Assembly (NCBI GenBank): GCA_964637705.1
Contig: CAZWVM010000073.1
Span: forward strand, 1-15,859
Source of the DNA: an uncultured bacterium
Lineage (GTDB): Bacteria; UBA8481
Direction of reading: 5' to 3'
Length of the DNA stretch: 15,859 nt
Part shown: piece after piece, positions 14,138 to 15,859 of the stretch
Position numbering within the stretch: the first letter of the stretch is position 1
Layout: every line of letters starts with the position of its first letter
Made by a program: the position numbers and the translations under genes
The notes under the pieces: model-generated
Databases searched by the model: none
What the model was told of the DNA's origin: nothing
What the model saw: the letters and a program-made list of their open reading frames with translations, nothing else

Positions 14138-15133
14138 ATGGAATCCCTGGTCGATAGCCGTTCCCGCGCGCACCGGACGCTCCGCGTCTCCGTCACGGAC
14201 CGCTGCCAATTGCGCTGCCGTTACTGCCTTCCGGACGGAGCGGCCGCCCTCGTCACCCACGACGAGATTCTCCGCTTCGAGGAGATCGAGCGCATCGTTG
14301 CGGTCGGGGCGCGGCTCGGCTTGTCGCGGATCCGCCTGACGGGCGGAGAGCCGCTCCTGAGGCGCGGTTGCCCCGATCTCGTGCGGATGCTCCGTCGCGT
14401 CCCGGGCGTCGAGTCGCTGGCCCTGACCACCAACGGGATCCTGCTCGGCTCTTTCCTCCCGGAACTCGTCGCATCGGGCCTCGACGAGATCTCGATCTCG
14501 CTGGACACCGTGGACCGCGACCGCTTCCGCGCCATTACCGGCGCGGACGAACTTCCGGCCGTTCTCGACTCGGTCGACGCGGCCGCTCGCACCGCGGCCC
14601 TGAAGGTGGAACTGAACGCCCTCGCCAGGCGGGGCGCGTCGGAGCCCGACATCGTGCCACTCCTGGAGTTCGCGCGGCCGCGGGGAATGACGGTGCGCTT
14701 CATCGAGATGATGCCCTTCGAGGGCGTTGCGTGGACCCGCGCGATGACGCTGCCGGGCTCCGAGATTCGTGAAATCATCGCCGGTCACTACGGGGGGGAC
14801 TCTTTCGAGGAGATCCCGCGCGAGCGCGCCGCGGCCTCCTCCGCGCGTTACCGTTTCACGGACGGGCGCGGCGGCTTCGGACTCGTCACCTCCGTCTCCA
14901 GCCCCTTCTGCGACGCCTGCGACCGCCTGCGTCTCCGCTCCGACGGACAGCTCTTCAACTGCCTCTACGGCCGCGACGGCGTGGATCTCCGCGCGGCGGT
15001 GAGGTCGGGCACGGACGAGGAGATCGCCGCGTTGTTTCTCGGCGCGGTCCGCGCAAAGGGGCCGGGCGGCATGAAGGAACTCGGCGAAGGCAACGAGCCG
15101 GACTTGCGCGTCATGTCCTCCATCGGCGGCTGA
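14138..15133 (+). CDS. moaA: GTP 3',8-cyclase MoaA (radical-SAM molybdenum cofactor biosynthesis protein A)
   Basis: MESLVDSRSRAHRTLRVSVTDRCQLRCRYCLP carries the CxxxCxxC radical-SAM cluster motif. The C-terminal second cluster is CDACDRLRLRSDGQLFNCL, with GGEPLL in between. The track ORF starts at GTG 14120; ATG 14138 fits MoaA N-termini. Confidence 0.9.
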   Translation: MESLVDSRSRAHRTLRVSVTDRCQLRCRYCLPDGAAALVTHDEILRFEEIERIVAVGARLGLSRIRLTGGEPLLRRGCPDLVRMLRRVPGVESLALTTNGILLGSFLPELVASGLDEISISLDTVDRDRFRAITGADELPAVLDSVDAAARTAALKVELNALARRGASEPDIVPLLEFARPRGMTVRFIEMMPFEGVAWTRAMTLPGSEIREIIAGHYGGDSFEEIPRERAAASSARYRFTDGRGGFGLVTSVSSPFCDACDRLRLRSDGQLFNCLYGRDGVDLRAAVRSGTDEEIAALFLGAVRAKGPGGMKELGEGNEPDLRVMSSIGG

Positions 15134-15486
15134 CCGACCGCGGCGGAGTGCGGATTCTGAATTCCCGGAACAGGTGTTCATTCACCACCCGCCCGCCGAA
15201 GCGTCCGCTCCGGCGGGCTCGAGGCACGGAGAACACCGAGACGATCAGGGATCGAATCAACGCAATCTGTGATCCAGAGATCATGGAAATCGTATTGAGT
15301 TCAAAGTAAAGCCGGATCGGGTTCTGGGTCCTGTCAAGTCCTCGTTGACTGCGGGAGTCGGCTTTCCCGGGTGAAAGAGAAAAACTTCATTTCCCCCGCC
15401 TCGAGAAGGGGGAGCAGGACCTTCTCCGTGTCTCCCTGCCTCGGTGGCGATTCAACCTTCGGGGATCAAGGGCGGGCTTCCATCTC

Positions 15487-15515
15487 TTGACTCGTCCGCC
15501 GCCGGCCCGTAACGT
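15487..15515 (+). promoter_or_regulatory. candidate promoter of the downstream permease gene. TTGACT, 17-nt spacer, TAACGT
   Basis: Read from sequence. It lies about 45 nt upstream of the ATG. Coordinates are approximate. Confidence 0.3.
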
Positions 15516-15561
15516 CCGCGTGACGCCCAACACTCGTCGGGGGAAGAAGGAGAAGTCAGTC

Positions 15562-15859
15562 ATGTTCCAGAGGTTCGCTGGACTCATCGTCGTTTTTCTG
15601 CTCCTTGCCGCCCCGGTGCTGGCCCAGGAAGCTACCGCGCCCGCGGCCACGTCCGCCGCTGAGGCTTCCGCGGCGCCGGCGCACGGAACCGCGCAGGCGG
15701 GGAGCCACGAGGAATCGATCGGCAAGACGCTCGGGCTCTGGACCACCCTTCCCTTCGTCACCATCCTCCTCTGCATCGCCCTCTTCCCTCTCTTCGCCCC
15801 GCATTGGTGGGAGCACAACGCGAACAAGGCGATCGTCTCGGCCGTGATCGCGATCCCGA
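15562..15859 (+). CDS. ArsB/NhaD-superfamily permease (Na+/H+ antiporter or anion permease-like), N-terminal fragment with a cleavable-looking signal peptide. Continues beyond the window end
   Basis: Strong SD AAGGAGAAG lies 7 nt before ATG 15562. The translation is MFQRFAGLIVVFLLLAAPVLAQEATAP...GLWTTLPFVTILLCIALFPLFAPHWWEHNANKAIVSAVIAIP. The first-TM motif LFPL.APH.W.H is typical of NhaD/ArsB-like permeases. It is partial, so absent from the ORF track. Confidence 0.6.
   Translation, partial: MFQRFAGLIVVFLLLAAPVLAQEATAPAATSAAEASAAPAHGTAQAGSHEESIGKTLGLWTTLPFVTILLCIALFPLFAPHWWEHNANKAIVSAVIAIP

Noticed and set aside
13805-15181. 458-aa minus-strand ORF antisense to csp and moaA, plus the overlapping ORFs 14221-14778 (minus), 14368-14772 (plus) and 14769-15002 (plus)
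   Set aside because: csp and moaA on the plus strand have unambiguous family motifs. The antisense and alternative-frame products are Arg/Ala/Gly-rich.
15240-15262. tRNA-like T-loop resemblance (gggatcgaatc) in the moaA-permease spacer
   Set aside because: No acceptor-stem or anticodon-arm complementarity could be built around it, and it does not match the GGTTCGAATCC consensus.
15387-15827. 146-aa minus-strand ORF (and 15556-15816 minus, 15605-15847 plus) overlapping the permease gene start
   Set aside because: The plus-strand frame from ATG 15562 has a strong SD, a signal peptide and a permease TM motif. These are alternative-frame artefacts.
1-15859. Searched for CRISPR repeats, IS/transposon terminal inverted repeats, integrase or toxin-antitoxin genes and rRNA
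   Set aside because: None seen. The only repeats are short intragenic tandem duplications. Composition is uniformly high-GC, so there is no evidence that the region is a mobile or defence island.

Overview
This is a 15.9-kb, very GC-rich bacterial window with dense coding on both strands and no rRNA, tRNA, CRISPR array or mobile-element signatures. The flanks are housekeeping genes: an MCM-type acyl-CoA mutase N-terminal fragment (1-232, -), fabI (+), the ROK glucokinase glcK (-), a cspA-family cold-shock gene with a sigma70-like promoter, long 5'UTR and intrinsic terminator (+), moaA (+), and the 5' end of an ArsB/NhaD-superfamily permease (+). The centre is a co-directional minus-strand five-gene cluster (11381 down to 1086) that I cannot assign to any described system. 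It encodes, in order: a KcsA-like two-TM pore protein with a degenerate selectivity filter (164 aa); a 571-aa coiled-coil and Cys-rich hypothetical protein; a 641-aa flotillin (SPFH/band-7) protein; a 1907-aa giant protein with a single MoxR/dynein-type AAA+ module near residue 1300; and a 102-aa YbeD/DUF493 protein. Two junctions overlap by 4 nt (GTGA at 10887-10890, ATGA at 1391-1394), the other gaps are 53 and 81 nt, and the cluster is transcribed divergently from an MthK-like 2TM+RCK channel homologue that also lacks the GYG filter. Base composition matches the housekeeping flanks, so it looks like a conserved membrane-microdomain / channel-associated ATPase machine rather than an imported island. 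Four SD-less genes (fabI, moaA, the RCK channel, the mutase) carry a -10-like hexamer 7-9 nt upstream of their ATG, which suggests leaderless transcription. Note on coordinates: CDS ends are anchored to the provided ORF-track arithmetic, but positions of short motifs (promoter hexamers, hairpins, repeats) were read by eye from the printed sequence and can be a few nt off.
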